Shown here: one piece after another, positions 48,366 through 58,322 of the stretch
Layout: every line of letters starts with the position of its first letter
How positions within the stretch are numbered: the stretch's first letter is position 1
Source of the DNA: Candidatus Omnitrophota bacterium
GTDB lineage: Bacteria; Omnitrophota; Gorgyraeia; Zapsychrales; Fredricksoniimonadaceae
Direction of reading: 5' to 3'
Assembly: GCA_903908245.1 (NCBI GenBank)
Contig: CAIVRE010000014.1
Location: forward strand, 31,963-95,962
Length of the DNA stretch: 64,000 bases
The notes under the pieces: model-generated
What the model was told of the DNA's origin: nothing
The model's input: the letters and a program-made list of their open reading frames with translations, nothing else
Databases searched by the model: none
Position numbers and translations under genes: made by a program

Positions 48366-50153
48366 TTATGGGGCACATCTGTCATTAACACAATGATTGC
48401 TGTCACATTCCCAATCATTCTGATAACAAAGAGATCCGATGGAACGATCGGTGCAGGTCGCGTACGATGTTTCACAAAAGATCTGGCACTGGTCCTGCGC
48501 GCCGCAATGTTCGCCAAGAGCCCCGTTGGTGCAAGCCCGCTGCCACCCCGAATCATACCCGCAGAACCCCGTCTCGCAAGAACTGTTGTCCGTACACGGA
48601 TCGCCGAAAACCGCTTTCGTCGCGGAGCATTTAAAACCGACACAATAACTTCCGGAACAGTCCGCGCCTGAATCACACCCAGACCCGACACTGCCATCCC
48701 CGCAGCTGGAATGGATACACTGCCCCGACTGACAACTGGAATTGTCCGTGCATGCCGCGCCGGCCGCGCCGGGAGAAGCCTGGCATATCCCGTCAACACA
48801 AAAACCGGATACACAAAAAAGCCCGGAAGAACAGAAATCCCCGTCCGCAATGCTGTGTGTAGCCACGCACGCCCCCGTTGCGGTGTCGCACGACTCTTCC
48901 GCAGTACAACAATTCACCGGCTCGGCATACGCCCAGCCGATGTTCTGTGTGCAGGCGGTAGTGCCATTGGGACAACAATATCCCGGAGCCCAGAACCAGC
49001 CCAGATTGTTGTTATTATTCGCGCAAAAGGTCCCCGCGCCGCAACATGTCATTGGCTGCGAATAACCGCAACATTCATCCCCGTTATTGCAGCAGGTCGC
49101 ATCATGCCCTCCGCCGCTGCTGCACACGAACTGGCCGCTGTTACAGCACTGGACCCTTCCCACGACGGATACGCCGCAACTGTTATCCAGCGGGCAGCAA
49201 TTCCCGACATTGGCAAAATTCTTGCAGCAATACTCCCCGCCGGAACATGTTGCTCCGGCACAATCGGCATCTGCCACAGCAGAACAATAATCCCCGCCGA
49301 CTCTCGGGACATACAATTCCCCTGCAGCGCACGACCCTTGAGTATATCCCGTAAAAACACAACTGCTGGCCGTGCAGGATTGTCCCGCGCCACACGTCGA
49401 CCAGCAACCACCGCAATTGTAGGGGTCCGTGGCAAAATCCGCGCAACTGCCCCAGCAACACCCGGGGTTCTCTCCGCCGCACACATTCCCCGGGCTGCCG
49501 CAATTATTGATATCCCAATTAGTATCGATACAACCGCCGCCACTGCAATAAGAACACCAGTTGCCGCAGCCACCGCAATTGTTGGGATCAGAAGCAAGGT
49601 CCGTACAGCCGCCCCAACAGCACCCGGGGTTCTCCCCGCCGCACACATTCCCGATGCCACCGCAATTATTGACATCCCAGTCTATGTCGACACAACCGCC
49701 ACCGCTGCAATAAGAACACCCGTTGCCGCAACCGCCGCAATTATTAGGATCCGTCGCAAGGTCTGTACAGCTGCCCCAGCAGCACGCGGGATTCTCTCCA
49801 CCGCACACATTCCCGCAACTGCCGCAATTATTAATATCCGAATCCGGATAGACACACGCCCCGGAACAATCGGTCTCGGCTGGAGTGCACCCGCAGACCC
49901 CTCCGACACAAGGCCGCCCGTCGCCGCAAACAGTCCCGCAACCGCCGCAATTATTGGCGTCAGATGTAATATCGGCACAACTGCTGCCGCAACAAATGGT
50001 CCCGCCCGTACAGGTGCCGCAAACCGGGTTCACCCCGTCCTTGAACGGACTGTTCGTGGCCAAAGGGACAGTCGTTATGGCAAAAGCCTGGTTATGCGCC
50101 ACAACCAGAAAAAGCCCCAGGACGATCAAAGAGAACAGCCGGATCATTTTCAT
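48366..50153 (-). CDS. Secreted Cys-rich repeat protein B
   Basis: Signal peptide (AFA|I); about 94 Cys in 595 aa by hand count; DxNNCGxCGxxC repeats, one GGGHDAT module, six C-terminal 4-Cys repeats. Confidence 0.85.
   Translation of the reverse strand: MKMIRLFSLIVLGLFLVVAHNQAFAITTVPLATNSPFKDGVNPVCGTCTGGTICCGSSCADITSDANNCGGCGTVCGDGRPCVGGVCGCTPAETDCSGACVYPDSDINNCGSCGNVCGGENPACCWGSCTDLATDPNNCGGCGNGCSYCSGGGCVDIDWDVNNCGGIGNVCGGENPGCCWGGCTDLASDPNNCGGCGNWCSYCSGGGCIDTNWDINNCGSPGNVCGGENPGCCWGSCADFATDPYNCGGCWSTCGAGQSCTASSCVFTGYTQGSCAAGELYVPRVGGDYCSAVADADCAGATCSGGEYCCKNFANVGNCCPLDNSCGVSVVGRVQCCNSGQFVCSSGGGHDATCCNNGDECCGYSQPMTCCGAGTFCANNNNNLGWFWAPGYCCPNGTTACTQNIGWAYAEPVNCCTAEESCDTATGACVATHSIADGDFCSSGLFCVSGFCVDGICQASPGAAGAACTDNSSCQSGQCIHSSCGDGSVGSGCDSGADCSGSYCVGFKCSATKAVFGDPCTDNSSCETGFCGYDSGWQRACTNGALGEHCGAQDQCQIFCETSYATCTDRSIGSLCYQNDWECDSNHCVNDRCAP
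49450..49850 (-). repeat. 162-bp (54-aa) tandem repeat inside Cys-rich gene B
   Basis: Equivalent CCCCA..A.CAC motif at 49450, 49612 and 49774; the same period recurs in gene A (51745, 51907). Confidence 0.85.
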
Positions 50154-50165
50154 ATCACCTCTGCC

Positions 50166-50585
50166 TTAAAAAGAAATATCCCCGGCATCCGAGATCGCGG
50201 CTGGCTGGCTTTGCCCGGGAAGACCGGCGGAAAAAACCACATAATACCTTCTGTTGCTTGAAACAAGATACTTGTACTCGCTGGTCGCTGTCGCGCCGAA
50301 AGGATCGTACAAAGGCGCTTTGATCAGTTGCGGGGTCGCAGGGATCAGGGCAGACGCACAGATGGTATCCGTCCCCGCAGGAAAAGACCTTTGGTGAATA
50401 TAATACGCCTCCAGCGCAGCCTGCAAGGCTTTGACCTCACTCTGGGCCCGGGTGACCCTGCCCTGGTCCTGCATGCCCTTGATACGAGGCACAGCGATCC
50501 CGATCAAGATCCCCAGCACGGCAAGAACAACAAGGAGTTCCAGAAGGGTAAAACCTTTAGGCCTGCTGACCGGCTCTGACGCCAT
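50166..50585 (-). CDS. Pilin/GspG-like pseudopilin, paralog of 57836..58291
   Basis: KG|FTLLELLVVLAVLGILIGIAVPRIKGMQDQ; APLYDPF...EYKYL shared with the major pilin. Confidence 0.88.
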   Translation of the reverse strand: MASEPVSRPKGFTLLELLVVLAVLGILIGIAVPRIKGMQDQGRVTRAQSEVKALQAALEAYYIHQRSFPAGTDTICASALIPATPQLIKAPLYDPFGATATSEYKYLVSSNRRYYVVFSAGLPGQSQPAAISDAGDISF

Positions 50586-50599
50586 AAAACACCCCCCTC

Positions 50600-50926
50600 T
50601 TATTTCACCTGGGCCGGTGTCTGCATCGCGGCCTTATGCGCTAGGGCACGCTCTTTCGCCAACTTCATCTGCTCTTCGATCCTGGCCGCAACTTCCGGAT
50701 TAGCCTTGAGAAAAGCATCCCGTTCGGCATTCAACTGTTCGTTGAGCGCCTTGCGCGCCTCGGCCTGTTTTTTCATCAAGGCAGACCATTCCGCCTGCCC
50801 GGCAAATTGATCCGGCCGAACAATTGCCTGCGCGGCAGCGGGCTCCGTCGATGCAGCCGGCTGGGCAAAAGACATTGCAGGAAGAACCATTAACGCCGCG
50901 ACCACTCCCAGGAATACTTTCTTCAT
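50600..50926 (-). CDS. Small exported helical protein
   Basis: Signal peptide (SFA|Q), Ala/Lys/Glu-rich amphipathic helices; AAGGAG RBS. Confidence 0.7.
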   Translation of the reverse strand: MKKVFLGVVAALMVLPAMSFAQPAASTEPAAAQAIVRPDQFAGQAEWSALMKKQAEARKALNEQLNAERDAFLKANPEVAARIEEQMKLAKERALAHKAAMQTPAQVK

Positions 50927-51005
50927 AACCTTCTCCTTTGTTATTTATAATGATAACCAAACCCGGTCCCTGCCTGGCCCCCCGTTCGGGGAGGACAGTC
51001 GATCA

Positions 51006-52889
51006 TCAGCTGCACGTCCCCGTTGCGGTATTGCACGACTGTCCGGCCGTACAACAATTGATCGGCTCACCGTACGCCCAGCCAAGGTTCTTCGCGCAAG
51101 CCGTCGTGCCATTGGGGCAACAATATCCCGGAGCCCAGTACCAGCCCTAGCTGTTGTGATTATTCGCGCAGAATGTCCCTGCTCCGCAACATGTCATCGG
51201 ATTGGAATAACCGCAGCATTCATCCCCGATATTACATACTGTCGCGTCATGGCCCCCTCCGCTTACACAGGCAAATTGGCTGCTGCTGACACAGGCGACC
51301 CTTCCGACAACGGACGAACTGCATGTTTGGTCCATATCGCAACAAACCTGGTCCCCGCTGCCACCCCACCCGTTCACTGCCGCGTAATTCTTGCACGAAT
51401 ATTGCGTAGCCGAACAACCGCTATCCCCGGCTTGCGTACAATAACTGCCGCCGCCCTGATTTGCGATCTCCATTTGCCCCGCAGGGCACTGGCAGACGCT
51501 ATCAATGCAAGTCTTGCTGCCTGTGCACACATTCCCGCACCAGCCGCAATTGTTATTATCAGCGCTCATATCCTCTAGACAACTGCCACCGGAACAGCAG
51601 CCTAAAGGACATACATTCCCGAGACTGCCGCAATTGTTGGGATCCGAATTTAAATCCACACAACTGCTCCCGATACAACTCGAAGGACACCAATTGCCGC
51701 AACCGCCGCAGTTGTTCGTATCCGTTGCAAGGTCACTGCACCCGCCCCAACAGCACGAAGGGTTTTCTCCGCTGCACACGTTCCCGACACTGCCGCAATT
51801 GTTGACATCCCAATCCAGGTCATAACAGCCGCTACCGACACAATAAGGACACCAGTTCCCGCAGCCGCCGCAATTATTCGTATCCGTCGCAAGGTCCGTA
51901 CAACCACCCCAGCAACACGCGGGATTATCCCCATAACACACATTACCGGGGCTGCCGCAATTATTGACATCCCAGTTCATATCCGGCGTACAAACACCCG
52001 CAGTACAATAAGGAAGGTCCCAAGGGCACACATTGCCACAGCTGCCGCAATTATTTGTATCCGCATTGGTATCCACACAAAACCCGGAACAGATCGTCAG
52101 CCCGCCCGGGCAGCTGGTGCCGCAACTCCCCGTTGAAGTATCGCAAGCCTCCTCGGACGTACAGCAATTGACCGGCTCCATATATGCCCACCCGCCCCAA
52201 TACGCGCAAGTCGTCGTGCCGGTAGGGCAGCAATATCCCGGGGCATAAAGCCAGCCGAAAGGATTATTATTATTCGCGCAAAACGTTCCCGGGCCGCAGC
52301 AGGTCAGCGGATTGGAATAACCGCAGCATTCTTCCCCGTTATTGCACACGGTCGCGTCATGCCCCCCCCCGCTTATACAAGCGAATTGATTATTGCTGAC
52401 ACATCCAACCCTTCCAACAACAGAAGCACTGCAGGTTTGATCGGTCTCGCAACATGTCTGGTCAGTGCTCCCGCCCCACCCATGAATAGCATAATAATTC
52501 TTGCACGCATATTGCGTCGATGAACAACCCGTATCACCCGGTTGCGCACAATAACTGCCGCCGCCCTGGTTCCAGATCTGCATCTGCCCCGCGGCACAGG
52601 TCCCCTGGTTATAAGGAAGAACAACCGTACACGCTCCGCTGGAACAGGCTTTTCCAACACCGCAAACAGTCCCGCAACCACCGCAATTATTGACATCGGA
52701 AGAAATATTGACGCAACTGCTGCCGCAACAAACAGTACCGCCCGAACAGACCCCGCAAGCCGGATTTATCCCGCTCTGATACGGGCTATTGGTTGCCAGA
52801 GGAACAGGCTTTATGGCCAGGGCCGTGTTGCCTGCCGCAACCAAAGAAAACCCGAGGACAATTAGAAGAAACAGCCTGATCGTTTTCAT
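51006..52889 (-). CDS. Secreted Cys-rich repeat protein A (in-frame TAG at 51147-51149, homologous frame continues to 51006)
   Basis: Signal peptide and PLATNSP N-terminus shared with protein B; two GGGHDAT modules flanking DxNNCGxCG repeats; 46 further homologous codons after the TAG. Confidence 0.8.
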
Positions 52890-52999
52890 ATCACCAGCAA
52901 ATTAATATTAGAAGAAAACTCCGCAGATTAATGAACAATCCGCTTTAAAGCCTCAGAAAAAGATTACTCCCAAAAAGAGGATTCAAGAAATATTTTCTT

Positions 53000-53575
53000 T
53001 TATGGCATGCCCGGCAAAAGCTGCTGCTGATCCGGCTGGGCGGACTGCATTTCCTGCGGAAGGTCCTGCGGCGGTGTCTTCTGGAGTTCCGGCTGAGGTT
53101 CCGGCTGGGATTCCTGCTGTAAAAGAGTCAGGACCATCTCTCTCCCTCCCCCGGCAATGATCACCGAATCCTCCCGGATGGCCTTGACCGCCATCCCGCC
53201 TCCCACATCGGCCCCGACACCAACCACGATATCATTGATAATAGCACTGGGTAAAGCACCGCTGGATATAATGCCCGTCAGGATATAACGCTTCATTGAA
53301 ACCGGTGCCTTAACGGCCATTACCGGAGGGGTCACCGGCTTGACCATCGTTTTGAACGCGCGTGAATCAAACGGGTCCCTTTCGCCCCAATCCACCGAAA
53401 TATAGCCGTCATCACTGCTCTTGTCGGCGTTGATCAGGTCCATCAGCTCTTTCTGATCCGACAGGACCGCTGCCGAAGAAACGGCCGGATCAGCTTGCGC
53501 GGTCCTGATCCCGACCGGCACAAGCGCCACAACCGCCCAGCAGCACATAAGAATGATTTTTTTATTTCTGTCCAT
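53000..53575 (-). CDS. PilP/GspB/GspC-like assembly protein
   Basis: 'RDPF' and 'LTGII.S...PSAIIND.VVGVG..V.G..V..I..DSV' pattern; position after pilO. Confidence 0.6.
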   Translation of the reverse strand: MDRNKKIILMCCWAVVALVPVGIRTAQADPAVSSAAVLSDQKELMDLINADKSSDDGYISVDWGERDPFDSRAFKTMVKPVTPPVMAVKAPVSMKRYILTGIISSGALPSAIINDIVVGVGADVGGGMAVKAIREDSVIIAGGGREMVLTLLQQESQPEPQPELQKTPPQDLPQEMQSAQPDQQQLLPGMP

Positions 53576-54089
53576 TGTCTTTTGCCACCCACAACACGAA
53601 CGTCATCTTCGCTGTCACCTGTTCCAGGCTGGTGCCCTGCGGCCGCACCCGCAGGCTTTCAACCGCAATGATCCCCTCGGGCATATTCCTGACCGCCGTC
53701 AGAAAAAGTCCGAGATCCTTGAAAGAAGACACGGTTTCAACCCCCATGGGCATCCGTCGATAGATCTCTTTCTTTTCCTTCTCAACCCCGTACGGCCTCA
53801 AAGTGACGATCCCCACCCTGTTTTCCTTGGCCAGCCTGGCAAGGACGTCCTTGGCCAAAGGAAGGCTTTCTTTGGTGAACAACCGCTGACGCGCATCGCC
53901 AGCACTCCTGGCCGAAAGAAGGCTGCGCAAAAAAAGATTCTTCTGGGCATACCCATTCTGCTGCTCATAAAACTCTTTATTCGCCTCAATAACAGGAGAA
54001 CATAAAAAGAATGCCAAAAAACCCAGGAACAGAATAACGGCGAACGAGGAAATATAAAAAACGATCTTTTCATCTATTTTAAAGTTCAT
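53562..54089 (-). CDS. pilO: PilO/GspM-like protein
   Basis: N-terminal TM; 'YRRMPM....SSFKDLGLFL..V.NM...I.VESL'; position after pilM/N. Confidence 0.75.
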   Translation of the reverse strand: MNFKIDEKIVFYISSFAVILFLGFLAFFLCSPVIEANKEFYEQQNGYAQKNLFLRSLLSARSAGDARQRLFTKESLPLAKDVLARLAKENRVGIVTLRPYGVEKEKKEIYRRMPMGVETVSSFKDLGLFLTAVRNMPEGIIAVESLRVRPQGTSLEQVTAKMTFVLWVAKDNGQK

Positions 54090-55813
54090 TTTTTTGCTTC
54101 CCCCTGCCCCATACGCCCCTCGATCTGAAACTGCGTAACATTGGCCGTCCTTGGCATCTTTTGAGACGGCAAAAGGCGGGCCGAACTCACAATATCCTTG
54201 TTAAGGTCCAGCACGAGCTGAGCCGGCGCTTCCTGCGCTTCCCGCCCGTCACCAACCACCATCCCCGACAAAGTCACCCTGTCGCCATCGAGATTGATCT
54301 CGGTCAAACAAACATTCCTGGGAAGATAACTTAACTGTTTGAACAGAACACTCATGTCCGGACGGGTGCGCGCCAGCATTTTCACCTTAAGCTCGCCTTT
54401 GAACCTCTCGACCTGCGGCAAAAGGCCTTCGTATTCGCCTCTGGAAAACGCCAACCGCGCGCGGTTCGCATCCCTTTCCGCCGACAGGCCATGATACGCA
54501 CCACCCAGGACCAGAATGACGGCCGCCGCCGACAGGCCGGCAACGATCTTCCTGACAAAGATCTTTTTCCGTTCTTTAAGATGGCTCGGCAAAAGGTTGA
54601 TCCCGTGCGGATCCCCGAGCGAAGCCCCGATCGCCAGGACCAGCCGATGGGCCTCTTCCTCATTACGCACAACACCATCATAAAGAAGTTCAATGTCCTT
54701 GAGCGGATTACCCAAATGGACCGGCAGATTCAGCTCGGCGTTCAGATATCCCGGTAAACCTTTAAGCCTGGCCCCGCCGCCGAACACGATAAGCCGGTCA
54801 ACCGTACCGACACGCATCTTGTCGCGGTAGAAATCGAAGGAACGCGAGATCTCGCCCACGAACTGTTCAAGCCTTGGGCGCAGCAACGCCAGGATCTGCG
54901 GAGCCGAGATCTTGCCGTTAATGATAAAATCATCGTCCGGTGAAGGCAGCCCGTGATCCCTTTTGATCTGCTCGGCCTCTTCGAGCGTAAGCTCGATCTT
55001 TCCTGCGTTGGTGAACATCGCGCGGGTCAGGCTGCGGGTCAGGTCCGACCCCGTCACCGTGATCTGACGCGAGAACTCCAGCCTGGAATTCCGATAGAAA
55101 TTCAATTCCGTGCCGATGGTCCCCATTTCAAGGACCGCGATCGTTTCCTCCATCCGGAGCTTGGACTTCTTGATGATATTCTCCATGGCCAATGCCAGCG
55201 GGATAATGGCGCTCACATTAAGCCCCAGCGGCGACTCGTCGGCCATGCCCGCTTCGCCACCGGACAACGGCTTTTCCCGCTGGGAAATAAAATGCGACAA
55301 AAGATCATCCACGGACGACTTGGCGGCCGCCGCCACCATCACATTCATTTTCTCCACACCCTTGTCCATGACACGGCCCAGGACTTTGAAATCCACCACC
55401 GGATTCTTGATGGCGAAATGCTGGGAATTGAGGACCTCCAGCCTGATCGCGTCCACCAGGTCCCCCGGCGGCATGACAGGCAGGACCATATTCTCGACCA
55501 TGGCCTGCCGGCCGAAAAGGACACAAACGATCTCCGCCCGGCGGGTATTAAAGTCCGCCAATACCGACTTAAGGGCCGCGATGGCCGCGGCCGCGCGCTG
55601 GTTCTCGTCGGAAATATCAATGCTTCGGACCGCCGTCTTGATCAGTGTGGGTTTCCCCCGGTAAATGGCTGTCTGCGCCACGCTCACCGAAGCATAACTG
55701 ATATCGATGCCGATGACCGACCGGCCGGCGCACAAAGCTTTCTGAAGCCTGAGCTGCTGCGGATCGGCCATTGCTGTGTCCTTGAGCGCCTCGGCTCCGC
55801 CGCCTTCAACCAT
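54086..55813 (-). CDS. pilM: PilM-PilN fusion (GspL-like)
   Basis: IGIDIS actin-like fold, EISRSFDFY, GGGARLKGL, then INLLP + TM + PilN-like periplasmic domain. Confidence 0.85.
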   Translation of the reverse strand: MVEGGGAEALKDTAMADPQQLRLQKALCAGRSVIGIDISYASVSVAQTAIYRGKPTLIKTAVRSIDISDENQRAAAAIAALKSVLADFNTRRAEIVCVLFGRQAMVENMVLPVMPPGDLVDAIRLEVLNSQHFAIKNPVVDFKVLGRVMDKGVEKMNVMVAAAAKSSVDDLLSHFISQREKPLSGGEAGMADESPLGLNVSAIIPLALAMENIIKKSKLRMEETIAVLEMGTIGTELNFYRNSRLEFSRQITVTGSDLTRSLTRAMFTNAGKIELTLEEAEQIKRDHGLPSPDDDFIINGKISAPQILALLRPRLEQFVGEISRSFDFYRDKMRVGTVDRLIVFGGGARLKGLPGYLNAELNLPVHLGNPLKDIELLYDGVVRNEEEAHRLVLAIGASLGDPHGINLLPSHLKERKKIFVRKIVAGLSAAAVILVLGGAYHGLSAERDANRARLAFSRGEYEGLLPQVERFKGELKVKMLARTRPDMSVLFKQLSYLPRNVCLTEINLDGDRVTLSGMVVGDGREAQEAPAQLVLDLNKDIVSSARLLPSQKMPRTANVTQFQIEGRMGQGEAKK

Positions 55814-55825
55814 AAACAGGATCCT

Positions 55826-56944
55826 TCATTTCTCACCCCAGCTGTTGGGGACCGGCGTAAAGCCGGATCCCGCCGTATCGCCTGCGTAGATCTGCGCGAT
55901 CTCGATCGAAGACAAAGCCCTGTTGTAAAGACGGACATCGTCCATTGTCCCGGAAAAATACAAATTATTATCCCGCATATTCGAACCTATGACCAGAGCG
56001 TAATTCCCGTTGTAACTGACATCCTTGGCGGCCGTTGATGTCCCATCCGCAAGGCCATCCAGATAATATTTCCCGCCCGTGCCTCCGCTTTTCACAAAAC
56101 ACACATGATGCCATGCCCCGTCATTCACGCCGGTATTGCTTCCCGCGCCGGCCGGAAACCCATAGCCGCTGTCCCAGTCCCAGAAAACCATCTTGTGATT
56201 GGAGTAAACCTCCCAAACACACTCTCCGGCTATACTGGCGGCTGTACGCCCCAAAGACAGGATAAAACACTCCCCGGCGCAAGCGGTCTTGATCCATGCA
56301 CAAACCGTCAGATTCGAACGGGGAGGATTATTAAATGTCGTCCTTGTCAAATAAGAGCTGCTCCCGTTAAAACTTAACGCCCCGACGCCGACCTTCCCCG
56401 CTGTCCAGGCCGGATCATTAACATACGTCCCCGTATTCCCCCTGCCGCTGGAATCCGCCGCCGTTATGGGCATCGTTCCGGAAGCTGCGTCATCGAACTT
56501 CCACCAGCCTACGGGGCCCATTCTCACGCGCTGGTATACGACCCGGGTCATTTGATTGACGGTCGACCGACCGGTGATATAGATCGAGCTGTCGGGAGCG
56601 TAATCCTCCACCCACATCGTATAACTGCCGCTGGTCAAATTTTCACTCCGTGGATCTGTTGGCCCCGCGCCGGCCGCCGCCGGATAAGCCGTCGTCCGCC
56701 ACGTCCCGTAAATACTCGCATCCGGCGCCGTGTTGAGCAGATACCACATCGCCTTGTTCACCCCCGCCTCCGCCAGATAGAACGCCTGGCTGCTGTTCAG
56801 CTGCCGGGCGGCGTTAAGCTGGGAATAGATCACCGTATTAATAAAGACCACCACAAAGACCACCAGCGCGAACATGAACATCATGGTCATCAAAAGAATA
56901 CTGCCGCGCCGGCCGCTGATCTTAAATATCGTCGATATTGTCAT
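55826..56944 (-). CDS. PilX-like minor pilin with C-terminal LamG domain
   Basis: RG|SILLMTM, QAFYLAEAGV; VGWWKFDD, DSSGRGNTG, DGAWHHV, FSGTMDDVRLYNRALS. Confidence 0.85.
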   Translation of the reverse strand: MTISTIFKISGRRGSILLMTMMFMFALVVFVVVFINTVIYSQLNAARQLNSSQAFYLAEAGVNKAMWYLLNTAPDASIYGTWRTTAYPAAAGAGPTDPRSENLTSGSYTMWVEDYAPDSSIYITGRSTVNQMTRVVYQRVRMGPVGWWKFDDAASGTMPITAADSSGRGNTGTYVNDPAWTAGKVGVGALSFNGSSSYLTRTTFNNPPRSNLTVCAWIKTACAGECFILSLGRTAASIAGECVWEVYSNHKMVFWDWDSGYGFPAGAGSNTGVNDGAWHHVCFVKSGGTGGKYYLDGLADGTSTAAKDVSYNGNYALVIGSNMRDNNLYFSGTMDDVRLYNRALSSIEIAQIYAGDTAGSGFTPVPNSWGEK

Positions 56945-56957
56945 TGGAAAAGAGCTG

Positions 56958-57434
56958 TCACAGGTTCCTTGGCCTGACCTTGCTGCGCACATGCACAACA
57001 GACCCCGCATTATCGGCGGAAAGGTCGATCGTGATCACGTTCCCGCTTTGACTGAACACCGTCGTGGCCGAAGGCTGTATCCTCGCTGCAATGGTGCCCC
57101 CGGTATCCGCAGGGTCCGCTGCCAGCCCTTTCAACAAACGATAAGAAATCGTGTTAAGAACAAAACGGTATTCTTTCGCCCCTGCCCCATCGCCCAGGTC
57201 GGCCTTGAACGTCACTTTTTGCCCGCTTAAAGATGTGATCTCGGTAGCCCGGCGAAGCTGCTTGACCATCAATTCCATGGCCTGGGACAGCTCCATCCTC
57301 GTGGAAGCACGGCGGTCCCCGGCGTCCCAAGAGCTCAGGCAAGCCAGGTAAACGAACACAACCGTCCCTGCGAGGATCGCCATGACAGCCGAAGAAATAA
57401 GAAGTTCAACGAGCGTAAAAGCCGTCTTGTTCAT
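56958..57434 (-). CDS. Minor pilin (PilW/GspJ-like)
   Basis: TA|FTLVELLIS; C-terminal SKVRPRN. Confidence 0.8.
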   Translation of the reverse strand: MNKTAFTLVELLISSAVMAILAGTVVFVYLACLSSWDAGDRRASTRMELSQAMELMVKQLRRATEITSLSGQKVTFKADLGDGAGAKEYRFVLNTISYRLLKGLAADPADTGGTIAARIQPSATTVFSQSGNVITIDLSADNAGSVVHVRSKVRPRNL

Positions 57435-57442
57435 CCTGATCC

Positions 57443-57823
57443 CTAAAGCGTCCGGTTGGCCAGCAATGTTTCCAGGCTCACTTGCTGGTCAACGCCTTTG
57501 AATTTCCAGTAGATGATGACCTTCACTTGTTTCGGGTCGCCGGAAACGGTGATCTGGCGATCGTACAGGGCAAACGGCGCGCCAATATTCACCCGCGCCA
57601 CTGCCGCAACAGAGCCCCAACCCGTATCTTTAAGTACCTCCATCTGCTCCTGCGCCAGCGCGGACGCAACAACCATGCCTTCCACGCTCTGATCAGTGCC
57701 CAGCGCCTGGGACATCGCCCCAACCGCCGAAAAAACACCCACCGCCAGCACAATACCGGCCAACATCAATTCCAGCAATGTGAACCCGCCGTTGCGGGCA
57801 CGGCCCTTACACCTCATGATCAA
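57443..57823 (-). CDS. Minor pilin (PilV/GspI-like)
   Basis: GG|FTLLELMLA, ALAQEQME, KQVKVIIYW. Confidence 0.8.
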   Translation of the reverse strand: MIMRCKGRARNGGFTLLELMLAGIVLAVGVFSAVGAMSQALGTDQSVEGMVVASALAQEQMEVLKDTGWGSVAAVARVNIGAPFALYDRQITVSGDPKQVKVIIYWKFKGVDQQVSLETLLANRTL

Positions 57824-57835
57824 CTCCCGCTAACA

Positions 57836-58291
57836 TCAGATACAGCCGGCAACAGTTCCGTTCGTAACACAAATGCCGCCGTTAAGATTACCCGTGACCG
57901 CGGCACCGCCATCAGTAAGCGCGCTGATCGTTGGCGCAGTACCAGGCCCGACGGATATAATGATATAATAAAGCCCGTCCGTAGACTTAAGATACTTGTA
58001 CTCGGTCCCGGTGGCGGCGAACGGATCATAGAGCGGAGCAGCCACGATCTTGGGATTCAAGGCATTGAGCGTGCTGGCACAGATCGTATTACTGCTCGCC
58101 GGATAAGCATTGCTGTTGTTGATATAATACGACACGATCGCGGTCTGAAGCGTCTTGAGCTCGGACTTGGCTTTCTGGATATTGGCCTGGTCCTGCATGC
58201 CTTTGATACGCGGAACAGCGATGCCGATCAGGATCGCGAGGACCGCGAGCACAACGAGAATTTCGAGGATCGTAAAACCTTTTTTATTCAT
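57836..58291 (-). CDS. Major pilin / GspG-like
   Basis: MNKKG|FTILEILVVLAVLAILIGIAVP; DPF and SVGPG motifs; C-terminal Cys pair. Confidence 0.88.
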   Translation of the reverse strand: MNKKGFTILEILVVLAVLAILIGIAVPRIKGMQDQANIQKAKSELKTLQTAIVSYYINNSNAYPASSNTICASTLNALNPKIVAAPLYDPFAATGTEYKYLKSTDGLYYIIISVGPGTAPTISALTDGGAAVTGNLNGGICVTNGTVAGCI

Positions 58292-58322
58292 ACTGTTTCT
58301 CCTTTTTGTTTTTTACCGTCTT

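Noticed and set aside
48900-52450. Diversity-generating retroelement template/variable repeat pair
   Set aside because: No reverse transcriptase in the window, all module copies lie in coding frame, and the differences are not confined to adenines.
48366-52889. Cys-rich proteins as multiheme cytochromes or ferredoxins
   Set aside because: The CxxC motifs are not followed by His (no CxxCH), and the Sec signal plus repeat pattern fit disulfide-rich extracellular proteins better than Fe-S proteins.
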